From: Clostridia bacterium
GTDB lineage: Bacteria > Bacillota > Clostridia > TANB77 > CAG-508
DNA: 64,000 nucleotides
Reading direction: 5' to 3'
NCBI GenBank assembly: GCA_017409455.1
Contig: JAFQSS010000010.1
Span: 4,696-68,695 of the forward strand
Shown: positions 1-9,032 of the stretch, piece after piece
Layout of the letters: each line of letters starts with the position of its first letter
Position numbering within the stretch: the stretch's first letter is position 1
The notes under the pieces: generated by a model
Database searches by the model: none
Told to the model about the DNA's origin: nothing
The model's input: the letters and a program-made list of their open reading frames with translations, nothing else
Position numbers and translations under genes: made by a program

Positions 1-2
1 AA

Positions 3-527
3 TCATATTATGAAGAATATTTAAAAGAAAATAAAAAAGATATAACTATGGCTACATTAGAATATTATAAGTATCAAAAATATAAAGACTACAAGCAATA
101 TATATGTATAGATACAAATAAAAATTATTATATTTTTAATGAAACCTCAATAATGAATTATACTTTGATTTTAGATGAATACACAGTAGATTTACCAGAA
201 TTTATAGAACAATATACTATTGCAAGCAAAGAAGATAAAGTCGCAATGAATGTAGAAAAAGTTATTTCAGCAATTAATGATAGAGATTATAAATATATTT
301 ATAGCAAATTAGATAATGTATTTAAACAAAACAAATTTCCTACAGAAAATGATTTAAAAACATATATACAAAACAACCTTTTAGAAATGAATGGGGTGGA
401 AAATAGAGACTTTTCACAAGAAGGAGATATATTTATATATAAAATTGAAGTAAATGGGAAAAACTTTAACATTATAATGCAATTAGGAGAAGGAACAGAA
501 TTCACAATGTCTTTTAGTATAGAATAA
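3..527 (+). CDS. hypothetical protein, probably 5'-truncated by the window edge
   Basis: The frame of ORF 48..527 stays open back to nt 3 with no stop. A hairpin plus T-run terminator follows at 531-567. Confidence 0.5.
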   Translation, partial: SYYEEYLKENKKDITMATLEYYKYQKYKDYKQYICIDTNKNYYIFNETSIMNYTLILDEYTVDLPEFIEQYTIASKEDKVAMNVEKVISAINDRDYKYIYSKLDNVFKQNKFPTENDLKTYIQNNLLEMNGVENRDFSQEGDIFIYKIEVNGKNFNIIMQLGEGTEFTMSFSIE

Positions 528-617
528 TAAAAACAGAGAAGAAAAAATTTCTTCTCTGTTTTTTTGTTCTAAAATAAAAAATCAATAATAATATTCAATA
601 AAGACAAGGAGGTAAAG

Positions 618-1154
618 ATGAAAAAAAACAGAAAAAAAATAATTACAATAATAACATTAATTTTAATAGTTTTACTGGTGGTATTTATTTTTAATAATAT
701 TTCCATAGAAAATACTGAAGAAAAATATAAAGATTATACGCCGGAAGAAGAAATATCAGAAGAACAAATGAGGCAAACAAAAGTAATACTATTTTTTGCA
801 AATAACGAGACGGGAGAATTAGAAAGTGAAATAAAAGTGGTAGATGCAAACTTATTAATAAATGAGCCATACAAAGAAATAATGAATTGGTTAATAAAAG
901 GTCCTCAAAGCAGTACTCTAAAAAAATTAATTCCAGAAGGTACAGCTTTACATGATATTAAAGTTGAAAAATCTTGTGCAATTATTAATTTATCAAATGA
1001 ATTTTTAAATTATGAAACAGAAGAAAATAAATTAAAAATAATTAATAGTATTGTAAATACTTTAACAAATTTAAAAGAAATAGATTCTGTTAAATTTTTA
1101 ATTAATGGAGAAGAAAATGAAAAATTATCAGAAATTTATTTAAAAAATAATTAA
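618..1154 (+). CDS. GerMN-domain sporulation/germination protein (GerM-like), N-terminal membrane anchor
   Basis: AGGAGG RBS. One TM helix, then GerMN-like stretches (LFFAN..GELESE, LIKGP.., GTALHDIKVEKSCAIINLSNEF). Confidence 0.6.
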   Translation: MKKNRKKIITIITLILIVLLVVFIFNNISIENTEEKYKDYTPEEEISEEQMRQTKVILFFANNETGELESEIKVVDANLLINEPYKEIMNWLIKGPQSSTLKKLIPEGTALHDIKVEKSCAIINLSNEFLNYETEENKLKIINSIVNTLTNLKEIDSVKFLINGEENEKLSEIYLKNN

Positions 1155-1199
1155 ATAAAAATAAAAAAATAATAAATAATTAAAATATTTATTATTTTT

Positions 1200-1445
1200 T
1201 TATTTTAATAAATTAATTAATTTAATATATTTTAATGTATTAGTAAAATTATTTAAAAAATATTCAACATCATTTAAAGAAGTACAAGTATCTTTTTTAA
1301 ATGATTTAAAATCAAACTTCTTTTTTGGAGGTTTTGGTGGAGGCTTAGGTGCAATGGGGGGCAGTGGTGGTGGATTAGGAGGTAAAGCCTTGTCAGAACG
1401 ATTATATCGATAAGGATAATATCTATAATTATACATAACAATCAC
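1200..1445 (-). CDS. proline-rich small protein, YqfQ/VrrA-like
   Basis: N-terminal Y/R/P-rich segment, PPNPPPLPPIAPKPPPKPP tract and C-terminal FLNNFTNTL motif recall YqfQ/VrrA proteins. Assignment from memory only. Confidence 0.35.
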   Translation of the reverse strand: MIVMYNYRYYPYRYNRSDKALPPNPPPLPPIAPKPPPKPPKKKFDFKSFKKDTCTSLNDVEYFLNNFTNTLKYIKLINLLK

Positions 1446-1532
1446 TCTCGCTTAAAATGCTATTTTTATATAATATGTACAAAATCCAAAAAATGTGATA
1501 AAATAGAGTAGTAAAAAGAAAGGAAAAAGAAA

Positions 1533-2354
1533 ATGAGTGGGAAATTATATATTGTAGCAACACCAATAGGAAATTTAGAAGATATAACATTAAGAGCATT
1601 AAGAATATTAAAAGAAGTGGATTTAATTGCTGCAGAAGATACAAGGCAAACATTAAAATTATTAAATCATTTTGAAATAACAAAACCATTAATTAGTTAT
1701 CATAGGCATAATGAAGAAGTAAAAAGTCATATTTTGATTCAAAAATTAAAAAGTGAGGAAAATATTGCATTAGTATCTGATGCTGGAACTCCAGGAATAT
1801 GTGACCCAGGAGAAGAAGTAATAAAAAAAGCAATAGAAGAAAATATAGATGTTATTCCAATACCAGGAGCGTGTGCGATGATTAATGCATTAATAGCATC
1901 AGGCCTAAGTACAGCAGAATTTAATTTTTTGGGATTTTTACCATTAAATAAAAAATTAAGAAAAGAAAAATTAGAAGAAATAAAAGAATCAGAAAAAACA
2001 ATAATACTTTATGAGGCGCCACATAAAATGAAATCAACATTAGAAGATTTAAAAGATATTTTAGAAAATAGAAAAATTGTCTTAGCAAGAGAATTAACCA
2101 AAATACATGAAGAATTTATTAGAAAAAATATAGATGATTTATTAAATGAAATTGATAATCTAAAAGGTGAAATGATTTTAATTATTGAAGGTGCTACTAA
2201 AACAGAAGAAACTGAAAATGAATTAAATAGTTTAACTATAGAGGAACACTATAAATATTATGAAAAACAAGGATTTGATAAAAAAGAAATAATTAAAAAA
2301 ATTGCAAAAGATAGAAATGTAAATAAAAATGAAATTTATATGAAATTTATATAA
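1533..2354 (+). CDS. rsmI: 16S rRNA (cytidine1402-2'-O)-methyltransferase
   Basis: N-terminus GKLYIVATPIGNLEDITLRALRILKEVDLIAAEDTR is the RsmI signature. Length fits (273 aa). Confidence 0.9.
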   Translation: MSGKLYIVATPIGNLEDITLRALRILKEVDLIAAEDTRQTLKLLNHFEITKPLISYHRHNEEVKSHILIQKLKSEENIALVSDAGTPGICDPGEEVIKKAIEENIDVIPIPGACAMINALIASGLSTAEFNFLGFLPLNKKLRKEKLEEIKESEKTIILYEAPHKMKSTLEDLKDILENRKIVLARELTKIHEEFIRKNIDDLLNEIDNLKGEMILIIEGATKTEETENELNSLTIEEHYKYYEKQGFDKKEIIKKIAKDRNVNKNEIYMKFI

Positions 2355-2392
2355 AAAAGAGGACGCCTTCTTTGGAAGGAATCCTCTTTTAA

Positions 2393-2659
2393 TTATTCTT
2401 CATCTTCATTTTTTTCGCCTAAGTTAGCCATTTTTTGAGCGCATTTAGAACATACTAATCTATCTTTGTAAGTAATTAGGTTTTTTGTATTTCCGCAAAA
2501 AACACAATTAGGTTCATATTTTTTTAATACTATAGAAGATCCATCTACAAAAATTTCTATTGGATCTTTCTCCGCAATATCAAATTTATTTCTAAGCTCG
2601 ATTGGAATAACAACTCTGCCTAATTCGTCAACTTTTCTAATAATTCCTGTTGATTTCAT
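2393..2659 (-). CDS. abrB: AbrB/SpoVT-family transition-state regulator with C-terminal Cys4 ribbon
   Basis: MKSTGIIRKVDELGRVVIPIELR is a SpoVT-AbrB swapped-hairpin motif. The tail carries CVFCG..CSKC. Confidence 0.85.
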   Translation of the reverse strand: MKSTGIIRKVDELGRVVIPIELRNKFDIAEKDPIEIFVDGSSIVLKKYEPNCVFCGNTKNLITYKDRLVCSKCAQKMANLGEKNEDEE

Positions 2660-2803
2660 AACTTGTCCTCCTTAAACTATTTAATCAATTCACTAATATA
2701 ATAACATAAAAAATAAAATTGGTCAATCATAATTTCAAAATATTGTAAAAAAGATTGTTATAATTCGTTTGTTTGTAAAATATAAATATAAAAGGGGGAA
2801 GGA

Positions 2804-3379
2804 ATGTTAAATATATTATGGCCAATTTTTATAATAATATCCATTATTTATGCTATTTTTTCAGGCAATATAGAAAATATTAATAAAAGTATTTTTGAAT
2901 CTACTGAAAGTGCAGTAAATTTAACATTAACGTTATTAGGAACTACTTGTCTATGGAGTGGAATAATGGAAGTGGCTTCAAAAACACAAATTATTGAATA
3001 TTTATCTAAAGTTTTAAAACCGATTATTAAAAGACTTTTTTCTGGTTTAAACGAAAAATCTTCTGAAAATATAATAATGAATGTAATTGCAAATATTCTA
3101 GGGTTAGGGAATGCTGCTACACCATTAGGATTAAAAGCAATGAATGAATTGCAAAAACAAAATGGAAATAAAGAAGAATTAAGTGATAATATGATGATGT
3201 TAATTGTATTAAATACAGCCTCTTTACAAATTATTCCTACAACTATAATTGCTCTTAGAAGTTCATTAGGTTCAGAAAATCCCACAAAAATAATATTTCC
3301 TGTGTGGATTTCAACAATTTGCGCTGCGATTGTAGGAATTATTTTTACTAAAATTACTATAAAAGCAACTAGAAAGTGA
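2804..3379 (+). CDS. spmA: spore maturation protein A (nucleoside-recognition membrane protein)
   Basis: Polytopic membrane protein with an SpmA-like N-terminus (MLNILWP..). It is followed directly by an SpmB-like partner. Confidence 0.8.
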   Translation: MLNILWPIFIIISIIYAIFSGNIENINKSIFESTESAVNLTLTLLGTTCLWSGIMEVASKTQIIEYLSKVLKPIIKRLFSGLNEKSSENIIMNVIANILGLGNAATPLGLKAMNELQKQNGNKEELSDNMMMLIVLNTASLQIIPTTIIALRSSLGSENPTKIIFPVWISTICAAIVGIIFTKITIKATRK

Positions 3380-3390
3380 AAGATTAGTAT

Positions 3391-3918
3391 ATGGAAATAA
3401 TAAATTATATTTCAATAATAGCAATGCCTTTAGTCATATTAATTATTGTTTTTAAAGCTTTTGAAGAAAAGGTAAATGTTTTTGATGTGTTCTTAAAAGG
3501 TGCAACAGAGGGAATAGAAATAAGCTTGAAAATTTTTCCAACATTAATAGGATTGTTTGTGGCGATTGGAATGCTTAGAAATTCTGGAATTTTAGATTTT
3601 ATAACAAAAGTAATTTCTCCTGTTTTGTCATATATGAGATTTCCTAGTGAGATAGTTCCTCTTGCATTATTAAGACCTATTTCTGGAAGTGCTTCAATGG
3701 CCATTGCAACAGATATAATTACTCGAAATGGAGTAGATTCTTTTATTGGCATTTTAGCTTCTGTTATAATGGGAGCAACAGAGACAACATTGTATACAAT
3801 TGCTGTATACACAAGTTGTGTAAAAATTAAAAATACAAGAGGAATTTTAATTGCATCTCTTGCTGCTGATATAACAGGTATTATTGTTTCTTTATTAATT
3901 TGTAGAGTAATTTTCTAA
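3391..3918 (+). CDS. spmB: spore maturation protein B
   Basis: Membrane protein paired with spmA. Conserved LLRPISGSASMAIA motif. Confidence 0.8.
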   Translation: MEIINYISIIAMPLVILIIVFKAFEEKVNVFDVFLKGATEGIEISLKIFPTLIGLFVAIGMLRNSGILDFITKVISPVLSYMRFPSEIVPLALLRPISGSASMAIATDIITRNGVDSFIGILASVIMGATETTLYTIAVYTSCVKIKNTRGILIASLAADITGIIVSLLICRVIF

Positions 3919-3920
3919 AA

Positions 3921-3977
3921 ACGTAAAAAGGGACCGGGTCTCTTTTTGCGCAAAAACAGACCTGGTCCCTTTTTTTG
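3921..3977. repeat. palindromic REP-like element / bidirectional terminator (GGGACCGGGTC family)
   Basis: acgtAAAAAGGGACCGGGTCTCTTTTTGCG|CGCAAAAACAGACCTGGTCCCTTTTT gives ~26-nt arms with 2 mismatches, placed right after the spmB stop. Confidence 0.8.
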
Positions 3978-4004
3978 TCGTCGATTTTTGTCGAACGATT
4001 TTTC

Positions 4005-4033
4005 TTGACAAATGAAAAAAATGGGTGTAAGAT
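4005..4033 (+). promoter_or_regulatory. sigma-A-type promoter with no ORF downstream
   Basis: TTGACA (4005-4010), 17-nt spacer, TAAGAT (4028-4033). The next ~230 nt are non-coding. Confidence 0.5.
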
Positions 4034-4084
4034 AATAATAAATAAAATTTAAATTCAAAAATTTTAAAAAATAAGTTTTTTATC

Positions 4085-4248
4085 TTGTAAAGGGAATAAT
4101 TTCAATTCCCCAAAAATCGAACTATAAAAAATAAACCCCAAAATTAAATATTTTTGTAGATTATACTACACCCCCTAAACTTTAGGCCCCCTAAATCCTA
4201 ATGCTTATTTCCTATAAGATAATTAGTTCTAAATTATTCCCTTTACAA
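4085..4248. repeat. 164-bp segment bounded by a perfect 18-bp inverted repeat, containing four C-rich motifs
   Basis: TTGTAAAGGGAATAATTT (4085-4102) is the reverse complement of AAATTATTCCCTTTACAA (4231-4248). The interior holds CCCCAAAA twice and CCCCCTAAA twice. Confidence 0.7.
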
Positions 4249-4263
4249 TTAAATTATATAAAA

Positions 4264-5058
4264 TTACAATGTAATCAATTTGCTAGGACAATCTCTATTA
4301 GCTACAGATAAGTTAATGGAAGAATTATCAATTGAACTTGAAATTAGTTCATCAACAACTGTCTGATAAGCTAGTTCTGGAAAATTACTTTCTTTACTTA
4401 AATGCCCAAGCATAGCAGTATTTAATTTCCCATTTTTAGATAAATAGGAAATTGTTTTTCCTGCAATTGTATTAGATAAATGTCCAGTGTCACTAGCTAT
4501 ACGAGATTTTAAATTAAATGGATATGAACAACATTTTAAAACTTCAGTATCATAATTGGATTCTAGTAAAATAAATTCACTGCCTTCCAAATGATTAATA
4601 ATAGATTTTGTCATATGACCTATATCTGTTGCAATACTAATTTGATGTATTTTATCTTTTAGTATATTGAATCCGCAAGGATTTGCTGCATCATGTGGGA
4701 TACTGAATGGCAATATTTCTAAATCATCTATGTAAAATTTTTCTGAAGGATTAAAGAAATTAATATTTTTCTCAGATAATTTCTCTGTTTGTGATGGCAT
4801 GGCTTCAAATGTTTCTTTTGTAGCAAAAACAGGAATATCAAATTTCTTAGAAATTGTTGATATTCCTTTTACATGGTCGGAATGTTCATGTGTTACTAAA
4901 ATAGCATTAATTGAAGAGGGATCTACTTCAATAGAATGTAACGCCTCTTCAATTTTTTTACAACTCATTCCAGCATCAATTAAAATTTTAGTATTTTCAG
5001 TTCCTACAAATAAACTATTGCCACTACTGCCGCTATATAAGCTACGAAAATTTAACAT
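4264..5058 (-). CDS. MBL-fold metallo-hydrolase (YycJ/WalJ-like)
   Basis: SGSSGNS...ILIDAG and the THEHSDH metallo-beta-lactamase motif. Confidence 0.8.
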   Translation of the reverse strand: MLNFRSLYSGSSGNSLFVGTENTKILIDAGMSCKKIEEALHSIEVDPSSINAILVTHEHSDHVKGISTISKKFDIPVFATKETFEAMPSQTEKLSEKNINFFNPSEKFYIDDLEILPFSIPHDAANPCGFNILKDKIHQISIATDIGHMTKSIINHLEGSEFILLESNYDTEVLKCCSYPFNLKSRIASDTGHLSNTIAGKTISYLSKNGKLNTAMLGHLSKESNFPELAYQTVVDELISSSIDNSSINLSVANRDCPSKLITL

Positions 5059-5079
5059 ATGTATTTCTTCTTTCTAATG

Positions 5080-6339
5080 TTATTCTTTAACTCTTTCGAT
5101 TTTTGCACCTAGATTTCTGAATTTTTCTTCGATATTTTCATAACCTCTATCTATGTGCTCTAAATTATATATTTCTGTTTTTCCTTCTGCAATAATTCCT
5201 GCAATTATTAAAGCTGCACCTGCACGTAAGTCTGATGAATATACAGGAGAACCATATAATTTTTCTACACCTTCGAAAAATGCGGTTTTTCCATGAGCTG
5301 TAATGTTTGCTCCCATTTTGTTTAACTCATCAGTATATTGGAATCTAGATTCCCAAATATTTTCTATTATTCTACTCGTACCATTTGAAACTGCAAGAAC
5401 CACACCCATTTGAGGTTGCAAGTCTGTAGGAAAACCTGGATAAGGTTGAGTTTTTATTATTGCTTTTGATGGTCTATCATCAGCCCAAACTCTGATTTCA
5501 TCGCCAAAGTCATCTACATGTCCGCCTATTTCAAGAATTTTTGCAGTAATAGATTCTAAATGTTTTGTGATACAATTTTTAATTAATATATCACCTTTTG
5601 AAGCTACGGCTGCAAGCATAAAAGTCCCTGCTTCTATTTGGTCTGGAACAACAGAATATGTACTATTTCCAGCAAGTCTTTTAACACCATTAATTTTGAT
5701 AACATCTGTTCCAGCACCACGAATGTCTGCTCCCATTGTATTTAAAAAGTTTGCTACGTCAACTATATGAGGCTCTTTTGCGGCATTATCTATTATTGTT
5801 GTACCTTCTGCTAAAACTGCAGCTAACATTACATTTATAGTTGCACCAACAGATACAACATCCATATATATAGAATTACCTACTAATTTATCTGCTGAAG
5901 CTACTATTTTACCTTGTCCAACATCAACTTTTGCACCTAAAGCTTCAAAGCCTTTTATATGTTGGTCTATAGGTCTTGCGCCTAATTTACATCCGCCAGG
6001 CATTCCGACAGATATTTTTCCTTTTCTTCCAAGCATACTACCTATTATATAATATGAAGCCCTAAATTTACTTGTTAATTCTTCAGATGCTTCTGTTGTA
6101 TCTATATTTCTTGTATCTATTGTAACTTCGTTCGGATTATTCCATGTTATTTTTGCACCAAGGCCTTCTAATATTTCGCATGATTTTTTTACATCACTAA
6201 TATTAGGTACATTTTCAATTGTACAAATACCATCTATCAAAAGTGTTGCTGGTAAAATAGCTACAGCTGCATTTTTGGCACCACTTATTATTACTTCTCC
6301 TTTTAAAGGTGTGTTTCCTGTTATAACTAATTTTTCCAA
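5080..6339 (-). CDS. murA: UDP-N-acetylglucosamine 1-carboxyvinyltransferase
   Basis: Full-length EPSP-synthase fold: MEKLVITGN.PLKGEV.ISGAKNAAVAILPA, catalytic-loop GGCKLGARPID, 419 aa. Confidence 0.92.
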   Translation of the reverse strand: MEKLVITGNTPLKGEVIISGAKNAAVAILPATLLIDGICTIENVPNISDVKKSCEILEGLGAKITWNNPNEVTIDTRNIDTTEASEELTSKFRASYYIIGSMLGRKGKISVGMPGGCKLGARPIDQHIKGFEALGAKVDVGQGKIVASADKLVGNSIYMDVVSVGATINVMLAAVLAEGTTIIDNAAKEPHIVDVANFLNTMGADIRGAGTDVIKINGVKRLAGNSTYSVVPDQIEAGTFMLAAVASKGDILIKNCITKHLESITAKILEIGGHVDDFGDEIRVWADDRPSKAIIKTQPYPGFPTDLQPQMGVVLAVSNGTSRIIENIWESRFQYTDELNKMGANITAHGKTAFFEGVEKLYGSPVYSSDLRAGAALIIAGIIAEGKTEIYNLEHIDRGYENIEEKFRNLGAKIERVKE

Positions 6340-6406
6340 AAGTATTCCTCCTCAAATATTTCTTCTTTTGCAATATATCATAAAAACTTAAAGAATACAA
6401 CAGTTT

Positions 6407-7051
6407 TTACATATTTTTATTAGCTGTAAAAAGTCCTTTTTCAGCAAAAAATTCGATAAGTTTAAATTTGAATTTTATGTTGCTTTTCTTGTTATCAGAA
6501 ATTATGCTATATGACTCTTTTTCTAGATTATCTTCTAGATTTTCTTTTGCTTCATCATCAACAACTCCAGACGAAATATCAATAAAACATAATGATGGGA
6601 ACATTACACACCACCAATTTTGACCTTTTGCTTCGCCAATTTCTACTCTTAAAGCATCATATAATCCTGCAGGCAATGAAATATCACCATAATTTTTGGT
6701 AGGGAAATAGAAATTATTTATATTTATTTTTACAGAATAATTGAATCCGCTTTCAAGTATAGTTTTTTCAGCTATTTCTTGAAAATCTTTTTTATGTTCT
6801 TGTGCTAAAGTAATGGCTTCCTCTTTTGTATAACAATTTGAACATATTTCATTCATATAATCAAGTAATGAATCTCTGACTTTAATTTTTAAAGCTTGAT
6901 CTTCATCAGAATCACTATTTGCAATTACATGTAATCTAAAAACTGCATCTGACAAATTACTTGCTACAGCTGTAACGTAACTTTGAGCAGAAACAAATAC
7001 ATATAAAAATAATAAAAAGGTTAATAAACTTAAATTTAATATTTTTTTCAT
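6407..7051 (-). CDS. spoIIR: stage II sporulation protein R
   Basis: Signal peptide plus the FRLHVIANSDSDEDQALKIKVRD motif typical of SpoIIR. Confidence 0.85.
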   Translation of the reverse strand: MKKILNLSLLTFLLFLYVFVSAQSYVTAVASNLSDAVFRLHVIANSDSDEDQALKIKVRDSLLDYMNEICSNCYTKEEAITLAQEHKKDFQEIAEKTILESGFNYSVKININNFYFPTKNYGDISLPAGLYDALRVEIGEAKGQNWWCVMFPSLCFIDISSGVVDDEAKENLEDNLEKESYSIISDNKKSNIKFKFKLIEFFAEKGLFTANKNM

Positions 7052-7142
7052 AATAATCCTCCAAAAAACATAATTGTTAAAAAATATCTTTAAAATAATT
7101 ATTAACCAAAAAAAATAAATTATTCATTTAAAGGAAAAATGC

Positions 7143-7171
7143 TTGACAACACCAAAAATAAATGGTAAAAT
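7143..7171 (+). promoter_or_regulatory. sigma-A-type promoter (extended -10)
   Basis: TTGACA (7143-7148), 17-nt spacer ending in TGG, TAAAAT (7166-7171), upstream of CDS 7198. Confidence 0.55.
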
Positions 7172-7197
7172 TTACCAGTAAAGAATAATCGAAAGGA

Positions 7198-7623
7198 ATG
7201 AAAGAAATGGTTGTTCAAAACGAAGGAATTGAAAAAACATGTTGCTTTTATGTAAGTGATTTTCACTTAGAAATGATTTTAATGCCATATATAAATGAAA
7301 AAATAAATGAAAATATAACAATTTTATCACAAAAGAATTTAAGAGAAACATTAGAAATATTAACATCAAAAATGAATATAAAAGAAGAGAATAAACAGAA
7401 GATATTACAATTAAAATGGGAGGGAGAAGAGCCAAAAGGAAATTCGAATATAATTATAATAGGTTCAAAAGAATATATATCACAAAAAAATGAAGATATA
7501 AAAAATATAAATCCTATAAGTGTGCTTGATTGTTATAATTTTGAAGAAGAAAAAAATAATATAGAAGATATAATAAAAAATTACAAAAAAACTCTAAATA
7601 CCTTAGGAAAAAACAACTTTTAA
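7198..7623 (+). CDS. hypothetical protein
   Basis: 141-aa ORF behind a promoter. No family recognised. Confidence 0.5.
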   Translation: MKEMVVQNEGIEKTCCFYVSDFHLEMILMPYINEKINENITILSQKNLRETLEILTSKMNIKEENKQKILQLKWEGEEPKGNSNIIIIGSKEYISQKNEDIKNINPISVLDCYNFEEEKNNIEDIIKNYKKTLNTLGKNNF

Positions 7624-7700
7624 AAATTTTTAGTAAACTATTGAAAAAAATGTCAAAATAGTATATATATAAAATATGTAACAAGAAAGGAAGTATACAT

Positions 7701-8942
7701 ATGGAAGAAAATCTAGATAATATAAGGAAAACGCTGAGAAAATATTCGCAAGAACACTTATTAAATGGATATGAAAAATTAGATGAAGTAAAACAAAGAC
7801 AATTATTAGGGCAAATTGAAACTACAGATTTTGAACTAATAAATAGTTTATATCATAATACTAGAAAAGAACTAGAAAAATCACAAGATGTTATAACACC
7901 AATTGAATTTTTAGACAAAGACAATTTAAATGGATATTACAGAGGATTTATAGAAAAAGGTGAAAAAGCAATAAGAGCTGGACAACTTGCCGCAGTGACT
8001 ATGGCAGGAGGACAAGGAACAAGATTAGGGCATAATGGACCAAAAGGAACATATGACATTGGATTAGAATCACACAAATCATTATTTGAATTATTAAGTG
8101 ATTCATTAAAAGAACAAGGAAGAAAATATGATGTTATAATACCATGGTTTATAATGACAAGTGAAGAGAATAACAAAGATACAATAGAATTTTTCGCTAA
8201 ACATAGAAATTTCGGATATGAAAAAGACAAAAACCTATTTTTCTTCAAACAAGGTGAGTTACCAATGGTAGATACAGAAGGAAAAATATTAATTGGAGAA
8301 AATGGACTAATTAAATCAGCAGCTGATGGACATGGTGGTATATATGAATCTCTTGTAAAAAATGGAATGACAAAGAAAATGAGAGAATTAGGTGTTGAAT
8401 GGCTATTTATTGGAGGAGTAGACAATTGTTTAGTTAAGATGGTAGACCCACTATTAATGGGTATAGCTATAGAAAAACAAGTAACAGCGGCTGGAAAATC
8501 TGTTGTAAAAGCTAATCCACAAGAAAAAGTTGGTGTATTCTGCAAGAAAAATGGAAAACCATCAGTTGTAGAATATACAGAAATTCCAGAGGAAATGGCT
8601 CAAGCTACAGATGAAAATGGTGAATTAATATATGGTGAATCTCATATTTTATGCAACTTATTTAATATAAATGCAGTAGAAAGAATGGGAAGTAAGCCTT
8701 TACCTTATCATTCAGCATTTAAAAAAGCAACATATATAGATAAAGATGGAAATAAAGTTGTACCAGATGGTCCTAATGCATATAAATTTGAAGCGTTCTT
8801 ATTTGATGCATTTGGAGAATTAGATGATATGGCCATTTTAAGAGTAAAAAGAGAAGAAGAATTTGCTCCTGTAAAAAATGCTGCAGGTGTAGATAGCCCT
8901 GAAACAGCAAGAGAGCTATATAGAAAATTCTATCAATTATAA
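7701..8942 (+). CDS. UDP-sugar pyrophosphorylase (UDPGP family, UDP-N-acetylhexosamine pyrophosphorylase-like)
   Basis: AAVTMAGGQGTRLGHNGPKGTY nucleotide-binding loop, plus FKQGELP and ADGHGG motifs of the UDPGP family. Confidence 0.75.
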   Translation: MEENLDNIRKTLRKYSQEHLLNGYEKLDEVKQRQLLGQIETTDFELINSLYHNTRKELEKSQDVITPIEFLDKDNLNGYYRGFIEKGEKAIRAGQLAAVTMAGGQGTRLGHNGPKGTYDIGLESHKSLFELLSDSLKEQGRKYDVIIPWFIMTSEENNKDTIEFFAKHRNFGYEKDKNLFFFKQGELPMVDTEGKILIGENGLIKSAADGHGGIYESLVKNGMTKKMRELGVEWLFIGGVDNCLVKMVDPLLMGIAIEKQVTAAGKSVVKANPQEKVGVFCKKNGKPSVVEYTEIPEEMAQATDENGELIYGESHILCNLFNINAVERMGSKPLPYHSAFKKATYIDKDGNKVVPDGPNAYKFEAFLFDAFGELDDMAILRVKREEEFAPVKNAAGVDSPETARELYRKFYQL

Positions 8943-9018
8943 AAAAAGGGACCGGGTCTGTTTTTACGTAAAAAGAGATCCGGTCCCAAATTACGTAAAA
9001 AGGGACCAGGTCCCAAAT
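8943..9018. repeat. three copies (direct and inverted) of the GGGACCGGGTC repeat family
   Basis: AAAAAGGGACCGGGTCTG..GAGATCCGGTCCC..ACGTAAAAAGGGACCAGGTCCC lies between two convergently ending/starting core genes. Confidence 0.8.
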
Positions 9019-9032
9019 TAAGGAGGAAAAAT

